Source: Candidatus Thorarchaeota archaeon (GTDB lineage: Archaea > Asgardarchaeota > Thorarchaeia > Thorarchaeales > Thorarchaeaceae). Taken from it: 64,000 nt of DNA. Location of the stretch: positions 40,851 to 104,850 of the forward strand of contig JAFGAR010000064.1 in NCBI GenBank assembly GCA_016933575.1, written 5' to 3'. Of the stretch, positions 10,078 through 20,420 are shown piece after piece. Every line of letters starts with the position of its first letter. Positions within the stretch are counted from its first letter, which is position 1. The notes under the pieces were generated by a model. That model ran no database searches. It was given only the letters and a program-made list of their open reading frames with translations, and was not told where the DNA came from. A program made the translations under genes and the position numbers.

Positions 10078-11220
10078 CTATTCGATAGTCAATAGTGAAT
10101 GAACTGCTGATGCTAGCGCTGCTATGGTGAATAAGGAAAGGATTGATGGAATTCCCATACCTAGTCCCAATAGTAGTGCTGCAGCGAATGATCCCAATGC
10201 AATCGCGGAGTCAACTCCTGCGGAATAGATTGCCATACCTTTTGCTTCTGACTTTGTAGATACACTTGATACAAATGAATTGAGAGCAATGTTCGCAGAG
10301 GCTAAGCCAAAACCAATCAATGCTGCGGCTATAATATATCCAATGATATCCGTGAGAATGACAAGAGTAGTAATTCCTCCTACAACGAATACTGCTCCAA
10401 TTGATGCAACTCCTCTGTATTGAGAGTTGCCTGTCCAGACGCCACCAAATACGGAACCTATTATTTGAGCAAATGCGAAAGCTGTAAAGAACAGTCCTGG
10501 ATTGTCTATACCATGAAGCACTGCTACTTCTGGAGAGTAGCTTAGTAATAATCCATGCGGGATGAAGAGAAGAGCAATAGATATTGTAGGAGTCAGGACT
10601 GCTCGTTCAGGCATTCCCGATATCGGAACTTCATGTTCCAATACAGGTGGAATCGATCTCCAAACACAGATTGATAGTAGTGTGCTTATGATACCTATTC
10701 CAAATCCAATTTGAAAACAGAATATGAAATTCTCAAGTGACTGTATTGTAATAATCCAACTACCAATTACTGGGAAAAACATTAGACTCAGAGACCCGAA
10801 GACATTTAGATATCCCAATGCTGCACTCATTCTAACACTCTCTGTATTTTCAGAGATCATTGTGAGGATAGTGACTGTTGACAGAGCCCATCCAAAACCC
10901 TGAACTGCTCTAATCACGTATACAGTTGCTATGTTCGATGCAAGTGAATACCAACCAAGCGTAAGTGTGAGTACTACATTCCCAATAACAAGTGCGGCAG
11001 CATCGTCTATCTTTTCAATGATCAAACCAGACAAAAACCTTGATAGGACTGCTGAGAGGGTGAAGATCCCAAACGCGGTTCCTAGAGTCCCCGCTTCGCC
11101 AGACAGAAAGAGAATATAGTCCTGTAGTGCTGTCAGGACAAGGTTGTATGCAGAATACACTGCAAATGCAACTACTATAGTGTACTTGGTTGCAGCAGAT
11201 AGGGGCTCTCTGTATTTCAT
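10078..11220 (-). CDS. MFS transporter
   Basis: About 12 TM segments; IRAVQGFG (motif B); size typical of MFS. Confidence 0.85.
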   Translation of the reverse strand: MKYREPLSAATKYTIVVAFAVYSAYNLVLTALQDYILFLSGEAGTLGTAFGIFTLSAVLSRFLSGLIIEKIDDAAALVIGNVVLTLTLGWYSLASNIATVYVIRAVQGFGWALSTVTILTMISENTESVRMSAALGYLNVFGSLSLMFFPVIGSWIITIQSLENFIFCFQIGFGIGIISTLLSICVWRSIPPVLEHEVPISGMPERAVLTPTISIALLFIPHGLLLSYSPEVAVLHGIDNPGLFFTAFAFAQIIGSVFGGVWTGNSQYRGVASIGAVFVVGGITTLVILTDIIGYIIAAALIGFGLASANIALNSFVSSVSTKSEAKGMAIYSAGVDSAIALGSFAAALLLGLGMGIPSILSLFTIAALASAVHSLLTIE

Positions 11221-11428
11221 TTACTCTAGTCACTATATCGCTGAATATTGAATCGGGTTATATCGTTGCTGGCCTGATCTTCAAAATACATACTGTCAGA
11301 TCTTATTTTATTGAGTGAGTGTAATCTTCGTTACGCAAATTATGCACGAAGTCTCAATAATGAGTTAGAAATACTTGAAGAAGAAAATATATGTGGATTT
11401 GAAACTATTAATTCTCAAGTGGTAAGAT

Positions 11429-12313
11429 TTGAGGTTGCAGCAAAAGAGAGCATGTGCTTCCGCGATACTTGTTTCACTCACACTAGCAATGATGCTGGTA
11501 TCACTTCAAACTGACCCCGTGAAAGCGAATCCAGTAGTCATTGGGCTTATCCGATCGGAATATGGCACTATTACTAATGGCACCTTAGTCTCAATGCCTT
11601 TTGCTAATGTCAGAGCTGATATTGTTAGGGCTCAGAATGAAATTAATGTTCAAATGGAGGGCAATTACACAATAACGACAAATCTGTCTCAAAATGCTAC
11701 TCTTGGCTTTGCGTTTCCAAAGAATCAAAGTCTAATTGAAGATTTCACAATGCAAATCTACATGAACAGCACACTTGTGAGTCATCAAATTTTTGGATGG
11801 GACGATTTTGAAATGCAAGCAGTTTTTTCGAATTGCACTGTTGATGATTATCTCACCGTATACTGGGCGAGCTTTGCCATCTTTAATTTCGAATTAATCG
11901 GGAATGCGACATATATTATGAATGTAAATTCCACAATGACCACAGGCATTGCATTTTATGAGGGTTATGAAACTTTGGGAAATGAATATTGGTATGAGTA
12001 CATAGTTGCAAGCGCCAATACTTTCAATGGAAGTACAATTGAAACTGTGACTTTTTCCATCTATGACGAACCAGATTTCGATTCCAAATCCTATATACCT
12101 GATGAGTATCTTACTGTGTCTGACTATGATGATTATAGTGAGGCTATTTGGCATTTTAATACTAGCGAATTCACGGATGAAAGAGTAAGATTCAAGGGAT
12201 GTATTAATGCGCCATTTTATCAACAACCAGGATTCAACACAATCGTCGTATTTGGATTAGTTGTTATTGGACTCATATCTGTGGCTATCATATACCGAAA
12301 ATTCATTTCATGA
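11429..12313 (+). CDS. Secreted, C-terminally anchored protein (paralog of 17623..18498)
   Basis: Signal peptide, many NxS/T sequons, C-terminal TM with basic tail; shared motifs with 17623..18498. Confidence 0.75.
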   Translation: MRLQQKRACASAILVSLTLAMMLVSLQTDPVKANPVVIGLIRSEYGTITNGTLVSMPFANVRADIVRAQNEINVQMEGNYTITTNLSQNATLGFAFPKNQSLIEDFTMQIYMNSTLVSHQIFGWDDFEMQAVFSNCTVDDYLTVYWASFAIFNFELIGNATYIMNVNSTMTTGIAFYEGYETLGNEYWYEYIVASANTFNGSTIETVTFSIYDEPDFDSKSYIPDEYLTVSDYDDYSEAIWHFNTSEFTDERVRFKGCINAPFYQQPGFNTIVVFGLVVIGLISVAIIYRKFIS

Positions 12314-12376
12314 ATTAGTCTAGTTGCTTTCAACAAGAGCTTCTTATAATACCGCTAGTTCAGCTCGAAATAGTGG

Positions 12377-13792
12377 TTGATCTTTTTGAACGATGACACT
12401 GACATCTCATCTCTACGTGATGTACCGAATTCAAAGGATAAAGAACCGGAACTGACTTGGAGAATGTCTGTTAGGTATCTCATGTCTAATAAGAATTTCA
12501 AAGTCTTTGTCATCACGAATTGGATTATGGGAAGCCTAAACGTTGTCTGGGGAGTTCTGAATCTCTACTTGCGAGACCTTGGCATAGAATATGTTTCACT
12601 AGGTATTCTATTCTCAGTGATGACAATTGTCACATTGTTTGGTACACTTGTCGCGAGTTATCTGGCTGATAATTATAATCGCCGGAATCTCGCAATCATT
12701 ACGATGCTAATCAATGGCCTTGCTTTTCTAATCCTCTCAATGGCAAGCTCGATTGAAATAGTGGCGCTTGGTCTGATAACTCTTGCAACATCAAATTTCA
12801 CAGGCCAAGGAGGCACCGCTTACATCTTCCAGGTCACTGATCGTCGATATGGCGGTGTCGCAGTAAGTCTCTTTACCATGGGAACTCTCTTTGCCTTGGG
12901 TCCTCTCTTTGCTATGGCTATTATGTTCAATATGGGCTGGGGTTTTATCGCTATCATGCGTACAATTTTCCTCGTCGGAGCAATCCTATTTGCAGTAACT
13001 GCCATTATTAGAATTATCTGGCTTGACTCAACGCCTATTCCAAATAGGGAAAGACATCAGTCAATACTCAAAGACTTCATCTCTGAGAGTTTTCGCGGTC
13101 TTCGTTTGTTAGTAAGAGTGTTTCCAATCTTTGTCGCAGTGATGATGATTGATGCTATGAGTGATAATATGTATGGATTCTCAAATCTCTTCTATGTAAA
13201 CGAGACCTTGAACTTCAACATTGGTCAGATATTTTTGATGTTACTCATCACCCTTGCATTGTCTGTGCCACTCACGCTCTTTCTCGGTCGCTGGTTTGAC
13301 AAACATGGCGGTAAGAGGATTACAATTGCAGTCTACTCAGTAATGCCATTAGCCCTAACATTATTGATAGTTGCAAAGTACGTGAAATATATAGTTCCTG
13401 AGGAGTGGGTTGCTTTACTTGATGGTCTGTACCCTGGACTTGGAGTAATATTTTCACTTGCATTTATTGCAACAGCAATGAAGACGACTAATGACAATCT
13501 CTGGGGAACTGTGATGAATGCGTACATTCAGAAGTCTCTTCCACGTGAAGATTTGGGTAAAATGCTGGGTCTCTCAGCATTATTGGTCCTTCTTATAGGA
13601 ACCGTTGCTCCAATCTTCTCGGGATATATCTACAGTCTCTTTGAAGGAGTCCCTCTTATTGTCGGCGCAATCATACTCAATATTGTCATTCTGATAATTC
13701 TGATCACTAAAAACATAGAACCTCGGGTTGATATTGAGAAGCTGGAAGCTGAGCTAAGAGGAGAGTCTATTGTACGATCTGACATGTCATGA
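12377..13792 (+). CDS. MFS transporter
   Basis: SYLADNYNRR and GRWFDKHGGK (motif A twice); about 12 TM. Confidence 0.88.
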   Translation: MIFLNDDTDISSLRDVPNSKDKEPELTWRMSVRYLMSNKNFKVFVITNWIMGSLNVVWGVLNLYLRDLGIEYVSLGILFSVMTIVTLFGTLVASYLADNYNRRNLAIITMLINGLAFLILSMASSIEIVALGLITLATSNFTGQGGTAYIFQVTDRRYGGVAVSLFTMGTLFALGPLFAMAIMFNMGWGFIAIMRTIFLVGAILFAVTAIIRIIWLDSTPIPNRERHQSILKDFISESFRGLRLLVRVFPIFVAVMMIDAMSDNMYGFSNLFYVNETLNFNIGQIFLMLLITLALSVPLTLFLGRWFDKHGGKRITIAVYSVMPLALTLLIVAKYVKYIVPEEWVALLDGLYPGLGVIFSLAFIATAMKTTNDNLWGTVMNAYIQKSLPREDLGKMLGLSALLVLLIGTVAPIFSGYIYSLFEGVPLIVGAIILNIVILIILITKNIEPRVDIEKLEAELRGESIVRSDMS

Positions 13793-13840
13793 TTCATGAA
13801 AATTATCCTCCATATAGCAGAACAGGTGAGATTGGAAAAT

Positions 13841-14794
13841 TCACTTGAAATTAATCGAATGTACAATCATGCGAGAATTGACATTGAAACCGATTTTTTT
13901 GTACAGATTGTATGCAGTCGTGTTTTTTGCATCAACACCAATACTGACCATTTTGCACCCCCCTGCTATCATTTCTTTGATAGTTTTAAGAAGCATATTC
14001 TTTGCAATTCCCTTCCTTCTATACTCATCAAGAATTCCAAACAAGTGAATATGCTCTTCTTCGTTTCGGGAGTGAACAATCACAAATCCAAAGATTCTTT
14101 CACCATCCTTCCAAACGAATGAAAGATACTTGTTGAATAGATCACTATGAATAGCTTGTTCAAATTTTTCCCTCTTCTGACTTTCAGAGCTATTAAGGAA
14201 TTCTGTATCTTGACTCTTTGAGAATGTATCATGATAGCATTTGTAAAGGTCCTCTTCGTCCGCATACTGCAACCAGACCAACCAATAGCCAAGCTTGTCA
14301 GTCCGTGGAACCTTGAAATGTTCCAACTGAAGGGTCAGATAGACGTCATCTTCAGATTTTCCAATACCCTTACCATTGAACCACTTTGCACACCTTTGAT
14401 AATCTTCGTGATTGTTATCATTGATTTCACTAAATTTTGCATCAATCCGAGTTATCTCATTGGACTTGGCATAATCCAGTATCCCTTCTAGAAGAAGGTT
14501 AGCAATTTCATCTTCATCATCGGTTTGTTCAATAATAGGCTGCCATCGACCCAATTCAACAATAGACTTTGTATCTCTATTCAATGACGCCCAACCACAC
14601 AGAGTTCCTTTTCTTCTCACCATCAAAATTTTCTCAGCAGGAAATCTATCCTGAATGTTGGTCAAGTATCTTCTAATTCCATCAGCATCTTCCGTATTCC
14701 TATAAACTCCAATTCTATTGTTAAAAACAAAATTGGATACTTCATCTATAATTGATTCGTTCCAACCCTCAGTAATTAGCTCGAGCTCCGTCAT
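13841..14794 (-). CDS. Tandem-domain GNAT N-acetyltransferase
   Basis: C-terminal motif A GILDEYRRKGIA and NTTAYNLYKKIGF; degenerate N-terminal GNAT domain. Confidence 0.85.
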   Translation of the reverse strand: MTELELITEGWNESIIDEVSNFVFNNRIGVYRNTEDADGIRRYLTNIQDRFPAEKILMVRRKGTLCGWASLNRDTKSIVELGRWQPIIEQTDDEDEIANLLLEGILDYAKSNEITRIDAKFSEINDNNHEDYQRCAKWFNGKGIGKSEDDVYLTLQLEHFKVPRTDKLGYWLVWLQYADEEDLYKCYHDTFSKSQDTEFLNSSESQKREKFEQAIHSDLFNKYLSFVWKDGERIFGFVIVHSRNEEEHIHLFGILDEYRRKGIAKNMLLKTIKEMIAGGCKMVSIGVDAKNTTAYNLYKKIGFNVNSRMIVHSINFK

Positions 14795-14872
14795 TATTAC
14801 AGAATGAATGAATAGCTAGTTATGATTCTTTCTACCAATTTCTGGTGTGCGAAAACCAAAAAAAAATTGACA

Positions 14873-17473
14873 TTACTCAGTTCTTCTTTTGGCCTCTTCC
14901 TGCATTTCTTTTAGTTTCACTAGTGCATCTACAGGAGTTGTTCTATCCAAATCCAAGTTCCTGATTTCATCAATAAGTGGATCCTCAATCACAAGGGATT
15001 CCAAACTTGCTTGTTCTGTTGACTTGAAATCGATTGCACTATCACCAACAGTAACACGATTCTCCTTCTCAATCCTCAGGAGGATTTGGTTCGCTCGTTT
15101 CACAACTTCATCCGGAACTCCTGCTAAAGCAGCTACATGTATCCCGTAGCTCTTATCAGTTCCTCCATCGACAACCTTGTGAAGAAATACAATCGTATTG
15201 CCTGATTCTTTAGCAAGTGTGTGCACGTTCTTTACTCCATGATATTGTAACGCCATATCAGTAAGTTGATGAAAATGCGTTGCAAAGAGCGTGCGTGTCT
15301 TCATCTGAACAATTCTCTCAGCAACCGCCCATGCAAGAGCCATCCCATCAAAGGTTGAGGTTCCTCTTCCTATCTCGTCAAGGATAACAAGACTACGATC
15401 TGTTGCATTATTCAGAATATTAGCAGTTTCAATCATTTCGATCATAAAGGTGCTTTGTTGTGCTGTAAGGTCATCAAATGCACCAACTCGTGTGAAGATC
15501 CTATCAACAAGACCAATCTCTGCACTCTTTGCAGGAATAAAAGATCCCATTTGTGCAAGCAGTACAATGATGGCACATTGACGCATCCATGTCGATTTTC
15601 CAGCCATGTTCGGTCCAGTTACGATGATGAGTGTTGACCCACCATCTCCAATCTCTACACTATTTGGCACAAACTCATTTGGCCCAAGTATCATCTCTAA
15701 TGCTGCATGTCTTCCATCTACAATCTTGATTCTTGTTTTTTCTGTGATAGTTGGTCTACAATATCTCCGTGTGACTGCGATATCTGCTAGTGATGTGAGT
15801 ACATCAGCAAGTGCAATAGCAGACGAGTTTTGTCGAAGCTTTGTTGATACTCCTCGTACCTGTTCTCGAAGTTCCTCGTATATCTCAAATTCAAGTTTGT
15901 TTATTCTCTCCTCTCCTGCTAAGACTGCGGATTCCTTCTCCTTTAGATCCGGTGTGATGAATCTCTCAGCATTTGCTAGTGTCTGCTTTCTCTCATATTC
16001 TGATGGAGCCATATTCAGATTTGATTTAGTAATCTCAATATAATACCCAAAGACCTTGTTGAATCCGACTTTGAGAGATTTGATACCCGTTCTTCTTCTC
16101 TCTGTTTCTTGAAGGGCTGCAATCCATTTCTTATCAGAGGATATAGTGCCTTTGAGATTGTCCAAGTCTGAACTGAATCCCTTCTTGATCATCCCACCCT
16201 CTTTCACAGAAACTGGTGGGTCATCGACAATGGCAGCTTTCAAAGTATCATGAAGCGCTTTCAGAGTATCTATTGACCCTGCAGCCTCGTGTAACAACTT
16301 ACTTGAACAGGAAGATAGTGCTTTCTTAGTAGCAGGCAAGTTTGCGAGAGAGTTCCTCAATGCAAGGAGGTCTCGTGCTCCGGATGTACCAAACACAATC
16401 CTGCTTGTAATCCTCTCGAGGTCTCCGAGATTTCGTAAGCTATTTGAAATACTCTGCCGGTTCATTGCATTTCTTGCAAGTTCTTCAACTGCGTCTAATC
16501 TTTGTTCTATCGCATCCCTATTCCGTAGTGGTTGTTGTATCCACTGCTTTAGTTTTCTCTTTCCCATTGGAGTGACAGTCTTTGATAGAACACTGAATAA
16601 AGTCCCTCGTGGAGAACCATCTCTCGCGTTCTTTATGAGCTCAAGATTTCTCTGAGTCTGTGTATCAATGACCATGTGAGCATCAATAGAGTATGTTCTA
16701 AGCCCAGCGAGCGACACATTACTACTCCGATGGACTTCTTTGAGATATACAAGAACAGCTCCCACAGCTCCTAAAGCTACTGCCTTTCCAGCAATACCAT
16801 ATCCCTCAATTGTAGCTACATTGAATTGTTCTTTTAACAGACTCTCTGCATTTGATTTCGAGAAATCTAAATCATTTCGAAGTGTGACATGAATCCCAAG
16901 TTCCGAGAGTCTGGTTCTGACGTCTGATTTTGATTGAGAATTGGGGAGGAGTACCTCGGATGGAGAAATTCTCCCAATCTCGTTCATTACAGTTTCACTA
17001 TCAAGAGTACCCCCAATCTGAGTAGCTGAAAAATCACCTGTAGAAATGTCAATTGCTGCAAGTCCCACCTCTTCATTATCTTCAAGTACAGCCAGTAGAT
17101 AGTTGTTTGTGGAGTCCTCAAGCATTGAACTCTCAAGAACAGTCCCAGGTGTTATGATTCTTACAATATCTCGTTTAACAAGTCCTCTGGCTTGTGATGC
17201 ATCCTCCATCTGCTCTGCGATTGCTACAGTGAATCCCTGTTGCAGTAGTTTTGCAATATAGCCATCAACAGCATGATATGGAACTCCGCAGAGCGGCCAT
17301 CGATCCACTCCCTCACCTCGAGCAGTCAGTACAATATCAAGTGCTTTGCTCGCAACCTCTGCGTCTTCATTAAACATCTCATAGAAATCACCAAGCCTGA
17401 ACATCAAGATGCAATCGGGATACTGTCTCTTCAACTGAAGATACTGCCGTTGCATCGGTGTTTGCTTGGTCAA
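14873..17473 (-). CDS. mutS: DNA mismatch repair protein MutS (MutS1)
   Basis: TPMQRQY, FRLGDFYEMF mismatch-recognition motif, TGPNMAGKST, STFMIEM, DEIGRGTS, FATHF. Confidence 0.97.
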   Translation of the reverse strand: MTKQTPMQRQYLQLKRQYPDCILMFRLGDFYEMFNEDAEVASKALDIVLTARGEGVDRWPLCGVPYHAVDGYIAKLLQQGFTVAIAEQMEDASQARGLVKRDIVRIITPGTVLESSMLEDSTNNYLLAVLEDNEEVGLAAIDISTGDFSATQIGGTLDSETVMNEIGRISPSEVLLPNSQSKSDVRTRLSELGIHVTLRNDLDFSKSNAESLLKEQFNVATIEGYGIAGKAVALGAVGAVLVYLKEVHRSSNVSLAGLRTYSIDAHMVIDTQTQRNLELIKNARDGSPRGTLFSVLSKTVTPMGKRKLKQWIQQPLRNRDAIEQRLDAVEELARNAMNRQSISNSLRNLGDLERITSRIVFGTSGARDLLALRNSLANLPATKKALSSCSSKLLHEAAGSIDTLKALHDTLKAAIVDDPPVSVKEGGMIKKGFSSDLDNLKGTISSDKKWIAALQETERRRTGIKSLKVGFNKVFGYYIEITKSNLNMAPSEYERKQTLANAERFITPDLKEKESAVLAGEERINKLEFEIYEELREQVRGVSTKLRQNSSAIALADVLTSLADIAVTRRYCRPTITEKTRIKIVDGRHAALEMILGPNEFVPNSVEIGDGGSTLIIVTGPNMAGKSTWMRQCAIIVLLAQMGSFIPAKSAEIGLVDRIFTRVGAFDDLTAQQSTFMIEMIETANILNNATDRSLVILDEIGRGTSTFDGMALAWAVAERIVQMKTRTLFATHFHQLTDMALQYHGVKNVHTLAKESGNTIVFLHKVVDGGTDKSYGIHVAALAGVPDEVVKRANQILLRIEKENRVTVGDSAIDFKSTEQASLESLVIEDPLIDEIRNLDLDRTTPVDALVKLKEMQEEAKRRTE

Positions 17474-17622
17474 TGTGTCTCCCTACGTACTCTTCGTTTA
17501 GCTGACTCTCATATAATAGCATCGCCATTTGGAAAAGATACAATCCTGAATTTCCTATTGTAATTCAAGAGAATTCTATGCACACAACATAGTTTATGAA
17601 TCCTGGCGAACTCTGAAAAAGT

Positions 17623-18498
17623 GTGGTTGATGGGATGATAAGAAGAAAGATCTCTAGTTTTCCAATTATACTGATTCTCTTCTCATTGACATTCATTTCA
17701 GTCTCAATACCCTCATGTAGTGCTAACTATGCAAACTGGGGTATCATGGTCAATGGGACGTCATTCAATAATGGGTCTCATATTAGTATGCCATTTGCAG
17801 ATGTTCAAATCAATATAACGAGAACCGCATCAGTAGTCTATACTGCTTTGACTTCCGAATTTCATATAACGACCAACACAACTCAAAATGCAACCCTTGC
17901 TTTTGTCTATCCTTCACCTATTCCGGATCGACTGCTCTATGAGGAAAACTCGAGTATGCAAATTTACGGCAATGGTTCACTATATAATTACACAGTATAC
18001 GAATACGATGATTTTGCGGATGATGGATTCTCTGATAATTTTATGATTGATTATCCCTTTGTACAACCTTGGACAAGTTTTGCTGTCTTTGATATTGAGT
18101 TGACAGCCAATACAACAATGATTCTCTCAACTATATCGAATACTGATTATCTGGCAAATATGGACAAATTTGAGTATCATTACATTGTTGGAAGTGCAAG
18201 AACCTTTGAAGGTCATACAATCGAGCATATTCACTTCCATGTAGTCGAACAAGTACCATTCTCAAGCTCTCACTTCTATCCCAACGAATCACTTTCAATT
18301 GTCAAGGATGGTATTGTGTCTGATGCACTATGGGACCTCAACATTACCGAATTCTCGTTTGATATTGTAGGATTTGATGCTGAATACCAAGATCAGTTAC
18401 TAATTTTCATACAGACGATTTCAGTATCTGGTTTTGTTATTTTCATTATCTTCATCATCTATCAGTTTGGTTACAAGAAATCGAAAAGTACTGGTTGA
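17623..18498 (+). CDS. Secreted, C-terminally anchored protein (paralog of 11429..12313)
   Basis: Signal peptide, SMPFADV, ITTNTTQNATLAFVYP, YIVGSARTF, C-terminal TM followed by KKSK. Confidence 0.75.
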   Translation: MVDGMIRRKISSFPIILILFSLTFISVSIPSCSANYANWGIMVNGTSFNNGSHISMPFADVQINITRTASVVYTALTSEFHITTNTTQNATLAFVYPSPIPDRLLYEENSSMQIYGNGSLYNYTVYEYDDFADDGFSDNFMIDYPFVQPWTSFAVFDIELTANTTMILSTISNTDYLANMDKFEYHYIVGSARTFEGHTIEHIHFHVVEQVPFSSSHFYPNESLSIVKDGIVSDALWDLNITEFSFDIVGFDAEYQDQLLIFIQTISVSGFVIFIIFIIYQFGYKKSKSTG

Positions 18499-18548
18499 GG
18501 AAAAGAAGGCTTTAAACATAAGAATAAGGACTTGTTTAATGAAGAATC

Positions 18549-19751
18549 ATGGATAGTAGCTTCTTTGATGTTGCAGTAGTTGGCGCTGGACCAGCTGGTT
18601 CTTCTGCTGCGGCAATTCTATCTAGAAAAGGTTTCAAGGTTGCATTGTTTGATAGACGAGCAAAGATAGGCGTACCAGTACAATGCGGTGAACTTCTCCC
18701 GACTCCATCTGAGATTAGGGACATTTTTCCTCGATCCAAATATATACCGAAACTAGTAGATGTACGGTCTGAATTCGTGACAAACAGAACTTCTCAAATT
18801 ATGCTAATTTCGCCTGATGGACATGGCGTTGAATTCGATTTCAAAACCAACATTATCGACCGTGCAAAGTACGATTCATATCTTGTTGAGCAGGCTTGCA
18901 ATGCGAGTTGCGAGTTACATCTCTCATCCCTAGTAACCGGTCGTTCTTCAGCGAATAGACTCTCAGTCAAGACACAATCTGGGAGTAAAGAGATGCAGTC
19001 GACAATAGTTGTAGGTGCAGATGGACCCAACTCTCTCATTTCAAAGACCATTGACAACAATTATGCTGATATCGACAGAGACCTGAGCCTATCACTAAAT
19101 TATGTCATGAGAGGCGTAGACTGCGATGAAGAAAAGGTTCTGATGTTCTTTGGCAGAAATATCGCTCCGGGTGGATACTTCTGGATTATCCCAAAGGGTG
19201 ATTCGCTAGCAAATGTAGGATTCGGTCTTAGGAGGTCTCTCTCAGCTCCCCATGTATCTCTAACAAGTCACATGAAGCATTTCATTACCAAGAATGCAAT
19301 TGCCGCTCCAATGTTAAGAAATGCTAAGATTCAATCAAGAGTGGGAGCATTGATTCCAGTAGCAGGTTCCGTTGATCGTTCATATTCTGATAGTGTAGTA
19401 CTCGTTGGAGATGCAGCAGGTCATGTGATGCCATCAAATGGTGGAGGCATTCCACAAGCACTTGGCGATGGATATATTGCTGGTCACGTGATCTCATCAC
19501 ACTTTGAGAAAGGAACAGAGCTTAGCTTCTATGAGAAGATATGGCGAAATGAGTTTGGAAGACAGCTTGATGTAGCTCTTTCGGTCCTCAGGATTGCTGA
19601 TAGTGTAATGGTATCTGACCCATTGACAAATGTCTGTATGAGACTCGCAGGAAGACAATTCTTAGAACCTCTCATCCGTTGCAGACTTCCTATTCCCGTG
19701 GAGTTTATTTCCAAGACTTTTGTGCGAGCCTTCAATGCATTGATGAATTGA
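18549..19751 (+). CDS. Geranylgeranyl reductase family flavoprotein (DGGGPL reductase-like)
   Basis: VVGAGPAG, PVQCGE, GADG, PGGYFWIIPKG, VGDAAGHVMPSNGGGI. Confidence 0.9.
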   Translation: MDSSFFDVAVVGAGPAGSSAAAILSRKGFKVALFDRRAKIGVPVQCGELLPTPSEIRDIFPRSKYIPKLVDVRSEFVTNRTSQIMLISPDGHGVEFDFKTNIIDRAKYDSYLVEQACNASCELHLSSLVTGRSSANRLSVKTQSGSKEMQSTIVVGADGPNSLISKTIDNNYADIDRDLSLSLNYVMRGVDCDEEKVLMFFGRNIAPGGYFWIIPKGDSLANVGFGLRRSLSAPHVSLTSHMKHFITKNAIAAPMLRNAKIQSRVGALIPVAGSVDRSYSDSVVLVGDAAGHVMPSNGGGIPQALGDGYIAGHVISSHFEKGTELSFYEKIWRNEFGRQLDVALSVLRIADSVMVSDPLTNVCMRLAGRQFLEPLIRCRLPIPVEFISKTFVRAFNALMN

Positions 19752-19791
19752 TGCTATTCACATATCGCTTAAATGCTACCTTTCAAGTTCG

Positions 19792-20406
19792 ATGTGCATG
19801 AATGATATTGATCCTTCATACTACAAAGGTATGGAGCTTATATTTCAAGGTCGATTTGAAGAGGCTGAGCCCCTTCTGCTTGAGGCTTTGAAGACTGATC
19901 AAGACAATGCAGAGCTACTTTGTGATCTTGGACTTATTTATGAGAATCTTTCAAGATGGGATGCGGCTGAAACGACCTTCAGAACAGCTACAGAGAAGGC
20001 ACCCGATAGCCTACAGGCTTGGATTAAATATGGCCGAGTGTTAGATAGACAGAAGAAACATAATGACGCAGAGGCTGCATACAAAAAAGCATTAGACCTT
20101 GACCCTGAAAATTCCTTTGTTTGGCTCGATCTTGGATATTGCTTCTATAAACAGAAGATGTTTCCTGAGGCAGAACAGGCTTACATGAAGGCTCAGCGTC
20201 TTTATCCTGAAGATATTAACACCTATTTTCTACTGGCTCAGACTCAATTTGAACAAGAGCATTATGATGAAGCTGAGAAAAATATCCGGAAAGTAGTGAG
20301 TGAAGAACCAGACTTCAAAGAAGGTTGGTGTCTTCTTGGGGATATTCTTGAGAAGCTTGGACGCATTGATGAGTCAAAAGATGCGAGATCCAAAGGCGCT
20401 GATTAA
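19792..20406 (+). CDS. Tetratricopeptide repeat protein
   Basis: About 5 TPR units (e.g. AEAAYKKALDLDPENSFVWLDLG). Confidence 0.9.
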   Translation: MCMNDIDPSYYKGMELIFQGRFEEAEPLLLEALKTDQDNAELLCDLGLIYENLSRWDAAETTFRTATEKAPDSLQAWIKYGRVLDRQKKHNDAEAAYKKALDLDPENSFVWLDLGYCFYKQKMFPEAEQAYMKAQRLYPEDINTYFLLAQTQFEQEHYDEAEKNIRKVVSEEPDFKEGWCLLGDILEKLGRIDESKDARSKGAD

Positions 20407-20420
20407 CAACAGACCTTAGC

